Assembly: GCA_945865425.1 (NCBI GenBank) | Contig: CAMBFN010000001.1 | Location: 1 to 58,038, forward strand | Source of the DNA: Comamonas sp. lk | Lineage (GTDB): Bacteria > Pseudomonadota > Gammaproteobacteria > Burkholderiales > Burkholderiaceae_C | Length of the DNA: 58,038 nt | Direction of reading: 5' to 3' | Translations under genes and position numbers: made by a program | The notes under the pieces: model-generated | Database searches by the model: none | What the model saw: the letters and a program-made list of their open reading frames with translations, nothing else | What the model was told of the DNA's origin: nothing | Shown: positions 29,253 to 38,923 of the stretch, one piece after another | Position numbering within the stretch: the stretch's first letter is position 1 | How the letters are laid out: every line of letters begins with the position of its first letter

Positions 29253-30185
29253 CTAGGCCGTGTGCGCCTGCTCCAAGCATTGCAAGAATGCACGGGCCGC
29301 GCGCGAGGCTTGCGGTGATCGGCGGGTGATGGCAAAAAACTCGCAGTCGTAAAAAAACACATCCGGCAGGACGGCCTGCATCTGTCCTTGCTGCACAAAG
29401 CTGTGCGCATAGTGCTCGGGCAAAAAGCCGACAAAGCGGCCCGACAAAATCAGGGTGGCAATCGACTCCTGGTCAAAGCCCGTGGCGCTGCGCGTCAGCC
29501 GCAATTGCTGGCTGACCTGCAAATTGGGCGAGTGGTAGCCCAGGCCGGCAAAAGGCAAGGCCCGCAGCGCGTCCCAGTCCAAGCTGCTGTGCGCGCCGCC
29601 GAATAAAGCATGACCAGGACCGCAGTACAAACACATATGCTCATCAAACAGGCGTGCGTAGTGCAAGGTGCTGGAGGTGCGGTGGCCGGGGATGATGCCC
29701 AGGTGAAACTGGCCGTCGAGCACGCCGCGCTCTATGGCATTGAGCGCAGCCACATGCAAATTGAGCGCAACGTCTGGCGCCCTCGCGTGAAAACGCGCTA
29801 TCGCCTGTGCCAGGCGAGCCTTGGGGTTGCTGGCAGTTTTGTCAAAAACCGCTATCTGCAATTGCCCTCCCATGCGCTGGTGAATTTCATCGACGCTGCT
29901 GCGAAACGTATCCGTAGCGGCCAGCAGCTGGGTGGTTTGCGCGTAAATTTTTTGGCCCTCAGGCGTCAACGCAAAGCCGCCCCGACCACGGCGGCAAAGG
30001 CGCAAACCCAGGCGGGTTTCCAGGTCTTTGATATGGCGGCTGATGGTGGAGCTGCCGATATTGAGCTCCAATTCGGCTGCGGCCATGCCACCGCAATCGG
30101 CCACCACTCGAAACACGCGCAGCAAGCGCAAGTCCATGTCGCTGAGTTGGCCTAGCGCTGGGCGTGAAGGTGGATTTGCTTTCAT
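29253..30185 (-). CDS. LysR family regulator (BauR-like)
   Basis: DLRLLRVF...GGMAAAELELNIGSSTISRHIKDLETRLG; divergent from the omega-aminotransferase. Confidence 0.92.
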   Translation of the reverse strand: MKANPPSRPALGQLSDMDLRLLRVFRVVADCGGMAAAELELNIGSSTISRHIKDLETRLGLRLCRRGRGGFALTPEGQKIYAQTTQLLAATDTFRSSVDEIHQRMGGQLQIAVFDKTASNPKARLAQAIARFHARAPDVALNLHVAALNAIERGVLDGQFHLGIIPGHRTSSTLHYARLFDEHMCLYCGPGHALFGGAHSSLDWDALRALPFAGLGYHSPNLQVSQQLRLTRSATGFDQESIATLILSGRFVGFLPEHYAHSFVQQGQMQAVLPDVFFYDCEFFAITRRSPQASRAARAFLQCLEQAHTA

Positions 30186-30346
30186 GAATATGCAAGTAAA
30201 TAGCGATAATTGTGACTTTATAAGAGTAATAGAGCAAGCCACAATCTTCGGTCAGCAGCCAATGACTGCGCCTTGCCCGGCAAATGCGATGTGGCGCGCG
30301 ACACCGCAGCCCATTTTTGTAGACCTCTAACTCCCAGGAGACCACC

Positions 30347-31717
30347 ATGAAACCCCATGACACCGCCAGCCACGCCCCGGTCGTGACCACTACCTCCCCC
30401 TACCCGCGCGACCGCGCGTGGATGGATGCGCACTGGATGCCTTACAGCGGTAACCGCAATTTCAAAGCCAATCCACGCATGATGGTCAGCGCCAAAGGCG
30501 CTTACTACACCGACTCCAACGGGCGCAAGGTGCTCGATGGCTTGTCCGGCCTGTGGTGTTGCGGCCTGGGCCACGGACGCCAAGAAATCACCGATGCAGT
30601 CAGCCGCCAGATAGGCACCATGGAATATTCCCCCGCTTTTCAATACGCGCATCCGCTGTCTTTTGAACTTGCCAACAAAATCACCCAGCTCATGCCCGAG
30701 GGTTTGGACCGCGTGTTTTTTGCCGGTTCGGGTTCGGAGTGCGCAGACACCTCACTCAAGATGGCACGCGCCTACTGGCGCGCCAAAGGCATGGGTACCA
30801 AGACGCGCCTGATTGGCCGTGAAAAAGGCTACCACGGCGTCAATTTCGGTGGTATTTCGGTAGGTGGCATTGGCGCCAACCGCAAAACCTTTGGCCAGGG
30901 CATTGAGGCCGACCACCTGCCGCACACCCAGTTGCCGCAAAATATCTATTCGCGGGGCATGCCGGCCCACGGCGTCGAGTTGGCGGACGAATTGCTGCGC
31001 CTGATTACGCTGCATGACGCATCCAATATCGCCGCTGTCATCGTCGAGCCTATGTCGGGCTCGGGTGGCGTCGTGGTGCCACCTGTGGGCTATCTGACAC
31101 GATTGCGCGAGATTTGTACCGCCAACAACATTTTGTTGATATTTGATGAAGTCATTACCGGCTTTGGCCGCTGCGGTGCCTACACCGGAGCGGCTGCGTT
31201 TGGCGTGACGCCGGACATCATGAACATCGCCAAGCAAGTGACCAATGGCGCCCAGCCGCTGGGCGCGGTGGTGGCTAAGAAAGAAATTTACGACACCTTT
31301 ATGGACGCGGGCGGCCCGGAGTACCTGCTCGAATTTCTCCACGGTTACACCTACTCGGCGCACCCGGTGGCCTGCGCTGCCGGCATCGCTGCCCTGGATG
31401 TGCTGGTCAAGGAAAACATGATTGAACGCGTAGCCGCTATGGCGCCTTATTTTGAGCAAGCAGTGCACAGCCTCAAAGGCAGCAAGCACATTACCGACAT
31501 CCGCAACGTAGGTCTGGCGGCAGGGTTCACGATTGCTGCTGTTCCCGGCGAACCCGCGCGCCGACCCTATGAAATTGCCATGCGCTGCCTGGAAAAGGGC
31601 TTTTACGTGCGCTACGGCGGCGACACCATGCAATTGGCACCGCCTTTCATCATCGAAAAGTCCGAAATCGACAGCTTGATCAATGCCTTGGGCGAATCGA
31701 TGAACGAGGTCGACTAA
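30347..31717 (+). CDS. Omega-amino acid/beta-alanine--pyruvate aminotransferase (class III)
   Basis: HWMPY..NRNFK, DGLSGLWC, YHGVNFGG, FDEVITGFGR, AKQVTNG (PLP Lys) and HGYTYSAHP motifs. Confidence 0.93.
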   Translation: MKPHDTASHAPVVTTTSPYPRDRAWMDAHWMPYSGNRNFKANPRMMVSAKGAYYTDSNGRKVLDGLSGLWCCGLGHGRQEITDAVSRQIGTMEYSPAFQYAHPLSFELANKITQLMPEGLDRVFFAGSGSECADTSLKMARAYWRAKGMGTKTRLIGREKGYHGVNFGGISVGGIGANRKTFGQGIEADHLPHTQLPQNIYSRGMPAHGVELADELLRLITLHDASNIAAVIVEPMSGSGGVVVPPVGYLTRLREICTANNILLIFDEVITGFGRCGAYTGAAAFGVTPDIMNIAKQVTNGAQPLGAVVAKKEIYDTFMDAGGPEYLLEFLHGYTYSAHPVACAAGIAALDVLVKENMIERVAAMAPYFEQAVHSLKGSKHITDIRNVGLAAGFTIAAVPGEPARRPYEIAMRCLEKGFYVRYGGDTMQLAPPFIIEKSEIDSLINALGESMNEVD

Positions 31718-32036
31718 GGAGGCAGTGCGCGGCGCACAGGCGCCCGCTGCACTCGCGCTTGCGTAGCGCCCCATACCAGTATGCGCAGGTCATAGGACCC
31801 GTAGCGCAGCTGCATCGCCTTGTCCACCCTGCTAGGCCGCCCGGCCTTCCCCGAACTAGGCTGGTGAGGGCTTGGGCGGTGGGGGCCAAGCGTGCCAAGG
31901 CAGGCCTTTGCACACCCCGCCGCCAATGGCATGCGCTTGGCGCCTGGCGCGCATTTGCGATACTTCAACATCTTGCGGCCTGGCCGTTACCTAGCTTTTT
32001 TCTCACCTCATTATTTTTAACCAGAGCACTAGCACT

Positions 32037-33542
32037 ATGTCCCCATTACCTACTATCGGCCACCTGATCGGCGGCCAACTGGCCCAAGGCGGAAGCCGCA
32101 GCGCTGAGGTATTCAATCCTGCCACCGGCAAAGCCGAAAAAAAGCTCTTGTTGGCAGACAAATTGACCGTGGAGCAAGCCATCGCTAGCGCCCAGGCTGC
32201 CTACCCTGAGTGGCGCAACACGCCGCCGCTTAAGCGCGCGCGGGTGATGAGCAAGCTCAAGGTGCTGCTAGAAGAGCATGCTGATGCCTTGTGCGCCCTG
32301 GTGACCGCTGAGCACGGCAAAGTACTGCCCGATGCCATGGGAGAGTTGCAACGCGGCATTGAAAACGTGGAATACGCCAGCTATGCGCCCGAATTGCTCA
32401 AAGGCGAGCACAGTAAAAACGTAGGCCCGTCTATCGACTCCTGGAGCGAATTCCAGGCGCTCGGTGTGACTGCCGGCATCACGCCCTTTAATTTTCCCAT
32501 CATGGTGCCCTTGTGGATGTGGCCCATGGCGGTGGTATGCGGCAACACCTTTGTGCTCAAACCCTCAGAGCGCGACCCCAGCAGCACCATGCTGGTAGCG
32601 CAACTAGCGCTGCAAGCGGGCCTCCCACCGGGCGTGCTCAATGTGGTCAATGGCGACAAAGAGGCGGTGGACACCTTGTTAACCGACCCGCGCGTCAAGG
32701 CCATTAGCTTTGTCGGCAGCACCGCCATCGCTGAGTACATCTACGCCACCGGTTGCGCCCACGGCAAGCGCGTGCAAGCCCTGGGCGGCGCAAAAAACCA
32801 TGCGGTGGTGATGCCCGACGCCGATGTAGCCAATGCCGTCAATGCACTGATGGGCGCGGCCTATGGCTCATGCGGCGAGCGCTGCATGGCCATCCCGCTG
32901 GTCGTCGCAGTGGGCGACGCCACTGCCGACGCGGTGATTGCCGGCCTGAAAATCGAAATTGCCAAGATGAAAGTCGGCCCAGGCACCACGGCCGGTATGG
33001 ACATGGGCCCGCTGGTGACCAAGGCCCATTTTGAGAAAGTCAAGGGCTATGTGGACCAGGGCGTGGCCGAGGGCGCCACTTTGGTGGTCGATGGGCGCGG
33101 CGTACAAGTGCCGGGCCATGAGCAAGGTTATTTCCTGGGCCCCTGCCTGTTTGACAACGTCAAGCCCGGCATGGTGACCTACCAGGAAGAGATTTTCGGA
33201 CCGGTGCTGGGCGTGGTACGCGTCAAGACCTTGCAAGAAGCCATGGACATGATTGACGCCCATGAATACGGCAACGGCACCTGCATCTTTACCCGCGACG
33301 GAGAAGCTGCGCGCTACTTCACCGACAACATTCTGGTGGGCATGGTGGGGGTCAATGTACCCCTACCGGTACCAGTGGCTTACCACTCTTTTGGGGGATG
33401 GAAGCGCTCTTTGTTCGGCGACTTGCATGCCTATGGACCCGACGCTGCGCGTTTTTATACCAAGCGCAAAACCATCACCCAACGCTGGCCTTCCGCTGGC
33501 GTACGGGAGGGAACCATGTTCAGTTTCCCCTCCAGTAAGTAA
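32037..33542 (+). CDS. mmsA: CoA-acylating (methyl)malonate-semialdehyde dehydrogenase
   Basis: ITPFNFP, KPSERDP, FVGST, GGAKNH, GERCMA, EEIFGPVL and GVNVPLPVP motifs. Confidence 0.94.
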   Translation: MSPLPTIGHLIGGQLAQGGSRSAEVFNPATGKAEKKLLLADKLTVEQAIASAQAAYPEWRNTPPLKRARVMSKLKVLLEEHADALCALVTAEHGKVLPDAMGELQRGIENVEYASYAPELLKGEHSKNVGPSIDSWSEFQALGVTAGITPFNFPIMVPLWMWPMAVVCGNTFVLKPSERDPSSTMLVAQLALQAGLPPGVLNVVNGDKEAVDTLLTDPRVKAISFVGSTAIAEYIYATGCAHGKRVQALGGAKNHAVVMPDADVANAVNALMGAAYGSCGERCMAIPLVVAVGDATADAVIAGLKIEIAKMKVGPGTTAGMDMGPLVTKAHFEKVKGYVDQGVAEGATLVVDGRGVQVPGHEQGYFLGPCLFDNVKPGMVTYQEEIFGPVLGVVRVKTLQEAMDMIDAHEYGNGTCIFTRDGEAARYFTDNILVGMVGVNVPLPVPVAYHSFGGWKRSLFGDLHAYGPDAARFYTKRKTITQRWPSAGVREGTMFSFPSSK

Positions 33543-33652
33543 CGTTTTTGATGAATATATTGATAAACTTAAAAATATGGTGTAATATAACGAAACAAAG
33601 GCCCTCGTAGGAAATTAGACGGAAACGTTATTTTTTGCGAGAATATTGTTGG

Positions 33653-33708
33653 ATTTCAGATGTTGAACTGAAATGCTTCAGTAAAAAATCATATTTCAAC
33701 CGTTGGAA
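33653..33708. promoter_or_regulatory. Tandem palindromic operator-like sites upstream of the wHTH gene
   Basis: TTTCA-GATGT-TGAAC (33654-33668) and TTTCA-ACCGT-TGGAA (33694-33708), plus ATTTCAG-N8-CTGAAAT, in an AT-rich intergenic region. Confidence 0.5.
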
Positions 33709-33715
33709 GTCGATC

Positions 33716-34078
33716 ATGTCAAAAACAAAGGTAGCCAATTTTTCGCAGATGTACACCAAGTACCTCAATCTGGTGCATGCTGTTCGCAGCTTGCCGAGCT
33801 TTCCGCAACTCGACGCTGTCGAGTCGCGCATGCTCAATGTCTTCGCGTCTGCGTGGCACGAAGAAAAACCGATTACGGTGCTGGAGGCCATGGTGATGTT
33901 GCCCGAGATTTCGACCACTACTGCGCACCGCCGTTTAAAGGCTTTGCGCAAAAAGGGAATGATCGACCTGAACCTGGATAGCCAGGACAACCGCGTCAAG
34001 TACGTGGTGCCAACGAAAGCGACGCACCAGTACTTTGCGCAATTGGGGCAGTGCATGGAGAAGGCACAGGCCGTTTGA
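33716..34078 (+). CDS. MarR-like winged helix DNA-binding protein
   Basis: ISTTTAHRRLKALRKKGMI recognition helix and DNRVKYV wing (DxR). Confidence 0.85.
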   Translation: MSKTKVANFSQMYTKYLNLVHAVRSLPSFPQLDAVESRMLNVFASAWHEEKPITVLEAMVMLPEISTTTAHRRLKALRKKGMIDLNLDSQDNRVKYVVPTKATHQYFAQLGQCMEKAQAV

Positions 34079-34167
34079 TGCTGCGCGGCTCAGGCCGCGC
34101 GAGTCGTACGCTCCTGCGCTTTGTCCTGCATTGATGTGCAGGTATAAAAATTTGGGAGTGGTACGCC

Positions 34168-34713
34168 ATGCAATTACAAAAATCCGTGTGGGTCGTCGCA
34201 ATGACGGCTCTGGCCTATATGGGCCTTTTCTCTTTTAACCAGTTTGTCTTTCCTCTTTTAGACGTCTCCAGCGCCAGGGGTCTGGTCTTCTTGCCCAGCG
34301 GTTTGCAGCTGATTGCCGTTCTTTTGTTCGTGGAATGGGGGGCGCTTGGCTTGATGCTGGGCGCCCTCGCCATGGGACTTGGACCCCTGTATGCGGGCGA
34401 TCCGATCACGGCGATGGGAGCGGCTTTGCTAGCGGGCCTGGCGCCGCTGTTTGCCCGCGCACTGTGCGTGCGCTATGCCGCTTTAGATGAGGACCTCCAT
34501 GGCCTGAGCGGCGCCGCTTTGCTGCGACTGACCGTCATATTCTCGGCACTGAGTGCGCTACTGGGTCAGCTGTGGCTGCTAGGCCGCAACCAGGGCGGCG
34601 ACTTGTGGGCTGGCATGGCCTTGCATTTCACAGGCGATTTGCTCGGCGCCCTGATCGTGATGTACAGCGCCAAACTGGTACTTGACCGTTTGCCGCAACT
34701 TAGCAGGGGATAA
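34168..34713 (+). CDS. Stand-alone MASE1-like membrane protein
   Basis: VFLPSGL..IAVLLF..WGALG and FTGDLLGALI motifs typical of MASE1; ~5 TM helices, no output domain. Confidence 0.7.
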   Translation: MQLQKSVWVVAMTALAYMGLFSFNQFVFPLLDVSSARGLVFLPSGLQLIAVLLFVEWGALGLMLGALAMGLGPLYAGDPITAMGAALLAGLAPLFARALCVRYAALDEDLHGLSGAALLRLTVIFSALSALLGQLWLLGRNQGGDLWAGMALHFTGDLLGALIVMYSAKLVLDRLPQLSRG

Positions 34714-34723
34714 TCCGCGCCAC

Positions 34724-36682
34724 ATGGCGCTAATTACCTTACTGGAGGCCCAACTCGCATTTGGGCATGTACCCCTGCTAGACCATGCAGGCTTTTCACT
34801 CGAAACCCAGGAGCGCGTGGGCTTGATCGGTCGCAATGGCACCGGCAAGTCCTCGCTGCTCAAAATCCTGGCCGGGCTAGAAAAACCCGATGACGGCGTG
34901 CTACAGGTGCAAAGCCATATTCGTATTGCCTATGTGGCACAAGAGCCGGATTTGAACGCCCAATCCAGCGTGTTTGACGCGGTCGGCGTGGGCTTGCAAC
35001 GGGTACGTGATTTGATCGACGACTACTCGCAAGGCCATGGCGATCTGGACGCGATGCAAAGCGAGATTGAGGCGCTGGATGGCTGGAACTTGGAGCAGCG
35101 TGTAGGCGAAACGCTACACCGTTTGCATCTGGATCCGCAGGCCATCGTCAACACGCTATCGGGCGGCACCAAAAAGCGCGTAGCGCTGGCGCAGGCGCTG
35201 GTGGCACAACCCGATGTACTGCTGCTGGACGAGCCGACCAATCACCTGGATTTGGACAGCATCGAGTGGCTCGAAGGCCTGCTGGTGGACTTTGGCGGCA
35301 GCATCATTACCATCACGCATGACCGCTCTTTTTTGGACAACGTGGCCACGCGGATTGTGGAGTTGGACCGGGGCAAGCTGCTGTCCTACCCGGGTAACTT
35401 TGCCGCCTATTTGCTGCAAAAAGAAGAGCAACTGGCCCAAGAGGCGGTGATCAATGCCCGCGCCGACAAGCTGCTGGCGCAAGAGGAGGTGTGGATACGC
35501 AAAGGCGTAGAGGCGCGGCGCACGCGGGCCACCGCACGCATTGTGCGTCTGGATAATTTACGCGCGCAGCGCGAAGCGCGGCGCGATGTGCTGGGCAGTG
35601 TGAACATGGACATCAGCAGCGGCGCGAGCAGCGGCAAATTGGTGGCCGAGCTAACCCATATATCCAAAAGCTTTGGACCTAAAAACATCGTGCACGACTT
35701 CAGCGCAACGATTTTGCGCGGCGACAAAATCGGTTTGCTTGGCCCCAATGGCGCGGGCAAAACCACTTTGCTCAAATTGATTTTGGGCGAACTCCAAGCC
35801 GATCCCGCGCCTGCCAACGCGCCAGCGCCCGAACCCGGCCACAGCCCCTGGGGTACGGTACGCCAGGGGGCCAATGTCGCCGTCGCCTATTTCGACCAGA
35901 TGCGCAATGCGCTGGACATGGACGCAACCTTGGAAGACTTCATCAGTCCGGGTAGCGAATGGATTGAGATCGGCAACCGGCGCCAGCATGTGAAGAGTTA
36001 TCTGGGTGATTTTTTGTTCTCACCCGCACGCGCCAATTCGCCGGTACGCTCACTTAGTGGTGGCGAGCGCAACCGCTTGTTGTTGGCGCGGCTGTTCGCC
36101 CGTCCGGCCAATGTGCTGGTGCTCGACGAGCCCACCAACGATCTGGACATCGACACCTTGGAATTGTTGGAAGACCTGTTGCAAAACTACGATGGCACGG
36201 TGTTTTTGGTCAGCCACGACCGCACGTTTTTAGACAATGTGGTGACCAGCACCATTGCCTATGAAGGCCCGGGCCGCTGGCGTGAGTTTGAAGGTGGCGT
36301 GCAGGATTGGCTGATACAAAGCAAGCGCTCCAATGCGATTGCGCAGTCCAAGGGGCAAAAAGGCGTGCAAAGTTTTAACTACGGGCGTGAGGACAAGGCA
36401 GCGGCTAGCGCCAAGCTGAGCCCAGCACCCACGCCCGCTGCCCCGGCAGCGCCTGCAAGCAAGGCCCGCAAACTGAGCTACAAAGAGCAACGCGAGCTCG
36501 AAGCCCTGCCCGGCCGCATCGCGGCGCTGGAAGCCGAGCAAGCCAGCATCAACACGCAGCTTGCCGACGGCACGCTGTACGCAAGTGACAACGCCAAGGC
36601 CTTGCAACTGGCGCAACGCAACGCCGCTATTGACGGCGAACTGATAGAGGCCTTGGAGCGCTGGGAACTACTGGGCGCTTAA
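34724..36682 (+). CDS. uup: ABC-F ATPase Uup
   Basis: Two ABC cassettes (GRNGTGKS, GPNGAGKT, LDEPTN twice), linker WIRKGVEARRTR and C-terminal KLSYKEQREL. Confidence 0.94.
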   Translation: MALITLLEAQLAFGHVPLLDHAGFSLETQERVGLIGRNGTGKSSLLKILAGLEKPDDGVLQVQSHIRIAYVAQEPDLNAQSSVFDAVGVGLQRVRDLIDDYSQGHGDLDAMQSEIEALDGWNLEQRVGETLHRLHLDPQAIVNTLSGGTKKRVALAQALVAQPDVLLLDEPTNHLDLDSIEWLEGLLVDFGGSIITITHDRSFLDNVATRIVELDRGKLLSYPGNFAAYLLQKEEQLAQEAVINARADKLLAQEEVWIRKGVEARRTRATARIVRLDNLRAQREARRDVLGSVNMDISSGASSGKLVAELTHISKSFGPKNIVHDFSATILRGDKIGLLGPNGAGKTTLLKLILGELQADPAPANAPAPEPGHSPWGTVRQGANVAVAYFDQMRNALDMDATLEDFISPGSEWIEIGNRRQHVKSYLGDFLFSPARANSPVRSLSGGERNRLLLARLFARPANVLVLDEPTNDLDIDTLELLEDLLQNYDGTVFLVSHDRTFLDNVVTSTIAYEGPGRWREFEGGVQDWLIQSKRSNAIAQSKGQKGVQSFNYGREDKAAASAKLSPAPTPAAPAAPASKARKLSYKEQRELEALPGRIAALEAEQASINTQLADGTLYASDNAKALQLAQRNAAIDGELIEALERWELLGA

Positions 36683-36694
36683 TCGCTTGGCAGA

Positions 36695-37948
36695 CTAGCC
36701 GACCACGCCTTGCTGGCGCAGTTGCGCAATGGCATCGGCGTCCCAACCCCACTCGCGCAACAACGCGTCGGTATGCTCGCCCAGGGCCGGGGGCGCGCGG
36801 TGCAGCAACGGCGGGTTGTCGGCCAATCGCAAGGGGCTGGCGACCGAGCCTATGGAGGTGACGGCGGTGGCCGCTTGTGCTGCCGCGCTGGTGGGCTGCG
36901 TGACGGCCAGGCCACGGGCCTGCACCTGGGCGTCGGCAAAGGCTTCGGCCACCGAGTTGATCGGGCCGCAGGGCACCGCGTGGTGCTCCAGGTCGGCAAT
37001 CCACTGGGCGGTCGTGCGTGTTCGCGTCACGACCTGCATCAGGGCCTCCAGGGTATCGCGGTGCCGTACCCGCTCGATGTTGGTATGAAAGCGCGGATCA
37101 GCCGCCCATTCGGGGTGACCGGCCACCGTACAAAAACGCGCGAACTGACCGTCGTTGCCAATGGCCAGCAGCATGGCGCTGTCTTGGGTTTCAAAGTCGC
37201 GGTAGGGAACCAAGCTGGGGTGGCTATTGCCCTGGCGCTGGGGCGATTGGCCAGTGTTCAAAAAGCCCGCCGCCTGGTTGGCCAAAATCGCCATGCCTAC
37301 GTCGAGCAAACTCATATCGATGTGCTGGCCCTGGCCGGTGCGGTGGCGCACCTCGATGGCCGCCAAAATCGCACTGCAGGCATAGACGCCGGTGAACAAA
37401 TCGGTCAATGCCACGCCCACGCGCTGCGGGCTCCCACCGGGCGTACCTTCGGGTTTGCCGGTAATGCTCATCATGCCGCTCATAGCCTGGATCATCAGGT
37501 CGTAACCGGCCCGCTCGGCGTAGGGGCCGGTCTGGCCGAAGCCGGTTATTGAGCAGTAAATCAGGCGGGAATTAAGCGCGTGCACACTAGCGTAATCCAG
37601 GCCGTAATGCGCCAGGCCGCCAACCTTGAAGTTTTCGACCAAGATGTCGCATTGCAGGGCCAGCTGCTTGATCAACGCCTGGCCTTGCGGCTTGGCAATG
37701 TCGATCGCTATCGAGCGCTTGTTGCGGTTGCAGGCAGTGAAATAGCTGGCATGTGCCGTGTCCTGGCCTTGCGTGTCTTGCAGAAAGGGCGGGCCCCAGT
37801 GGCGCGTGTCGTCGCCCTCGCCGGGCTTTTCGATTTTGATGACATCGGCGCCCATGTCCGCCAGCATCTGGGTACACCAGGGGCCCGCCAACACGCGCGA
37901 CAGGTCCAGAACTTTGAGATGGGCGAGGGCAGGGGTGGTTTGCGGCAT
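36695..37948 (-). CDS. CaiB/BaiF class III CoA-transferase
   Basis: LDLSRVLAGP, GDDTRHWGPP, NRNKRSI, GFGQTGP, AGYD and PPALGEHT motifs. Confidence 0.95.
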   Translation of the reverse strand: MPQTTPALAHLKVLDLSRVLAGPWCTQMLADMGADVIKIEKPGEGDDTRHWGPPFLQDTQGQDTAHASYFTACNRNKRSIAIDIAKPQGQALIKQLALQCDILVENFKVGGLAHYGLDYASVHALNSRLIYCSITGFGQTGPYAERAGYDLMIQAMSGMMSITGKPEGTPGGSPQRVGVALTDLFTGVYACSAILAAIEVRHRTGQGQHIDMSLLDVGMAILANQAAGFLNTGQSPQRQGNSHPSLVPYRDFETQDSAMLLAIGNDGQFARFCTVAGHPEWAADPRFHTNIERVRHRDTLEALMQVVTRTRTTAQWIADLEHHAVPCGPINSVAEAFADAQVQARGLAVTQPTSAAAQAATAVTSIGSVASPLRLADNPPLLHRAPPALGEHTDALLREWGWDADAIAQLRQQGVVG

Positions 37949-38047
37949 GGCGATGGCTTCACGTCTGAAATTTGGAATGCGCTAGCCTAAGGCCAAACGC
38001 AGCGTATGGGTTTGCGCTAAGTCCCCATGGGCGCAATGCCCTGGACA

Positions 38048-38473
38048 TCAAGCCAGTTGCACACCATCCACATACCACCAACGCCCCTCTTGCAGCACAA
38101 AGCGGCTGCGCTCGTGCAGGCGCCAGGCGCTGGCACCCGCGGGTTTGAAACGGGCAATAAACTCCACTTCGGCTTCGGTCGGACTGCTGGCTAAGGCTTT
38201 GCGCAGCTCCAAGCCCAGCCACTTGCCGGTGGTGTCAAAGTCCACTTGCACCGGGCGGGTGCTGGTATGCCAGGTCGCTAGCAAATAAGCTTCACGCTGC
38301 AAGACAAAGGCGCTGTAGCGCGATCGCATCAGGCTGTGGGCATCGGGTGCGGCGACATCGCTTTGCAGGTACTGGCCGCAACAGGCCGAAAAGTGCAGCG
38401 ACTTGCCATTCGCACCTTCCCGCGTGCAGGGGCAAAGTTGGTCGCCCTCAAGGGCCAGCGGGCCCTGGCTCAT
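38048..38473 (-). CDS. YchJ family protein
   Basis: CPC...CC, LMRSRYSAF, YLLATWH, LHERSRF and WWYVDG motifs. Confidence 0.92.
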   Translation of the reverse strand: MSQGPLALEGDQLCPCTREGANGKSLHFSACCGQYLQSDVAAPDAHSLMRSRYSAFVLQREAYLLATWHTSTRPVQVDFDTTGKWLGLELRKALASSPTEAEVEFIARFKPAGASAWRLHERSRFVLQEGRWWYVDGVQLA

Positions 38474-38901
38474 CCGCCTTTAGCGGCCTTGGCTTGCGCC
38501 TTGTGGGCGTCCCAGCTTTGTACTGGCGCGCCGTCTTTGACCCAGGCGGCAAAGCCGCCGTCAATGTGGGCTACATTGGTCATGCCCATTTCCTGCAAGG
38601 CTTTGGTGGCCAAGGCGCTGCGCCAGCTAGCGGCGCAAAACAACACATATTCTTTGGCCTCATCGCCAAACACCGGTTTGAAGTAGGGCGAGGCCGGGTC
38701 CACCCAAAACTCCAGCATGCCGCGCGGCGCCAGCACCGCGCCTTCGATGGTGCCCTCCCGCTCGGCTTCGCGGATGTCGCGAATATCCACCAATTGCATG
38801 CGCCCGTGGGCCACACGCTCGCGCACTTGGGTCACGGAATAGGTGGTGATGCAGGCATTGGCCTCATCGACGAGTTGGCGAAATCCTTTGGTAATCGGCA
38901 T
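38470..38901 (-). CDS. Rhodanese-like domain protein
   Basis: LVDIRD, PRGMLEFW, FCAASWRS and HIDGGFAAW motifs. Confidence 0.92.
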   Translation of the reverse strand: MPITKGFRQLVDEANACITTYSVTQVRERVAHGRMQLVDIRDIREAEREGTIEGAVLAPRGMLEFWVDPASPYFKPVFGDEAKEYVLFCAASWRSALATKALQEMGMTNVAHIDGGFAAWVKDGAPVQSWDAHKAQAKAAKGG

Positions 38902-38923
38902 GCTGTCTCCTTGTGTTTTTCGT

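Noticed and set aside
30752-31774. 340-aa antisense ORF over the aminotransferase (similarly 3477-4292, 38843-39703, 39713-40789, 52667-53740, 54146-55066)
   Set aside because: Typical stop-poor shadow frames of GC-rich genes; no motifs or RBS.
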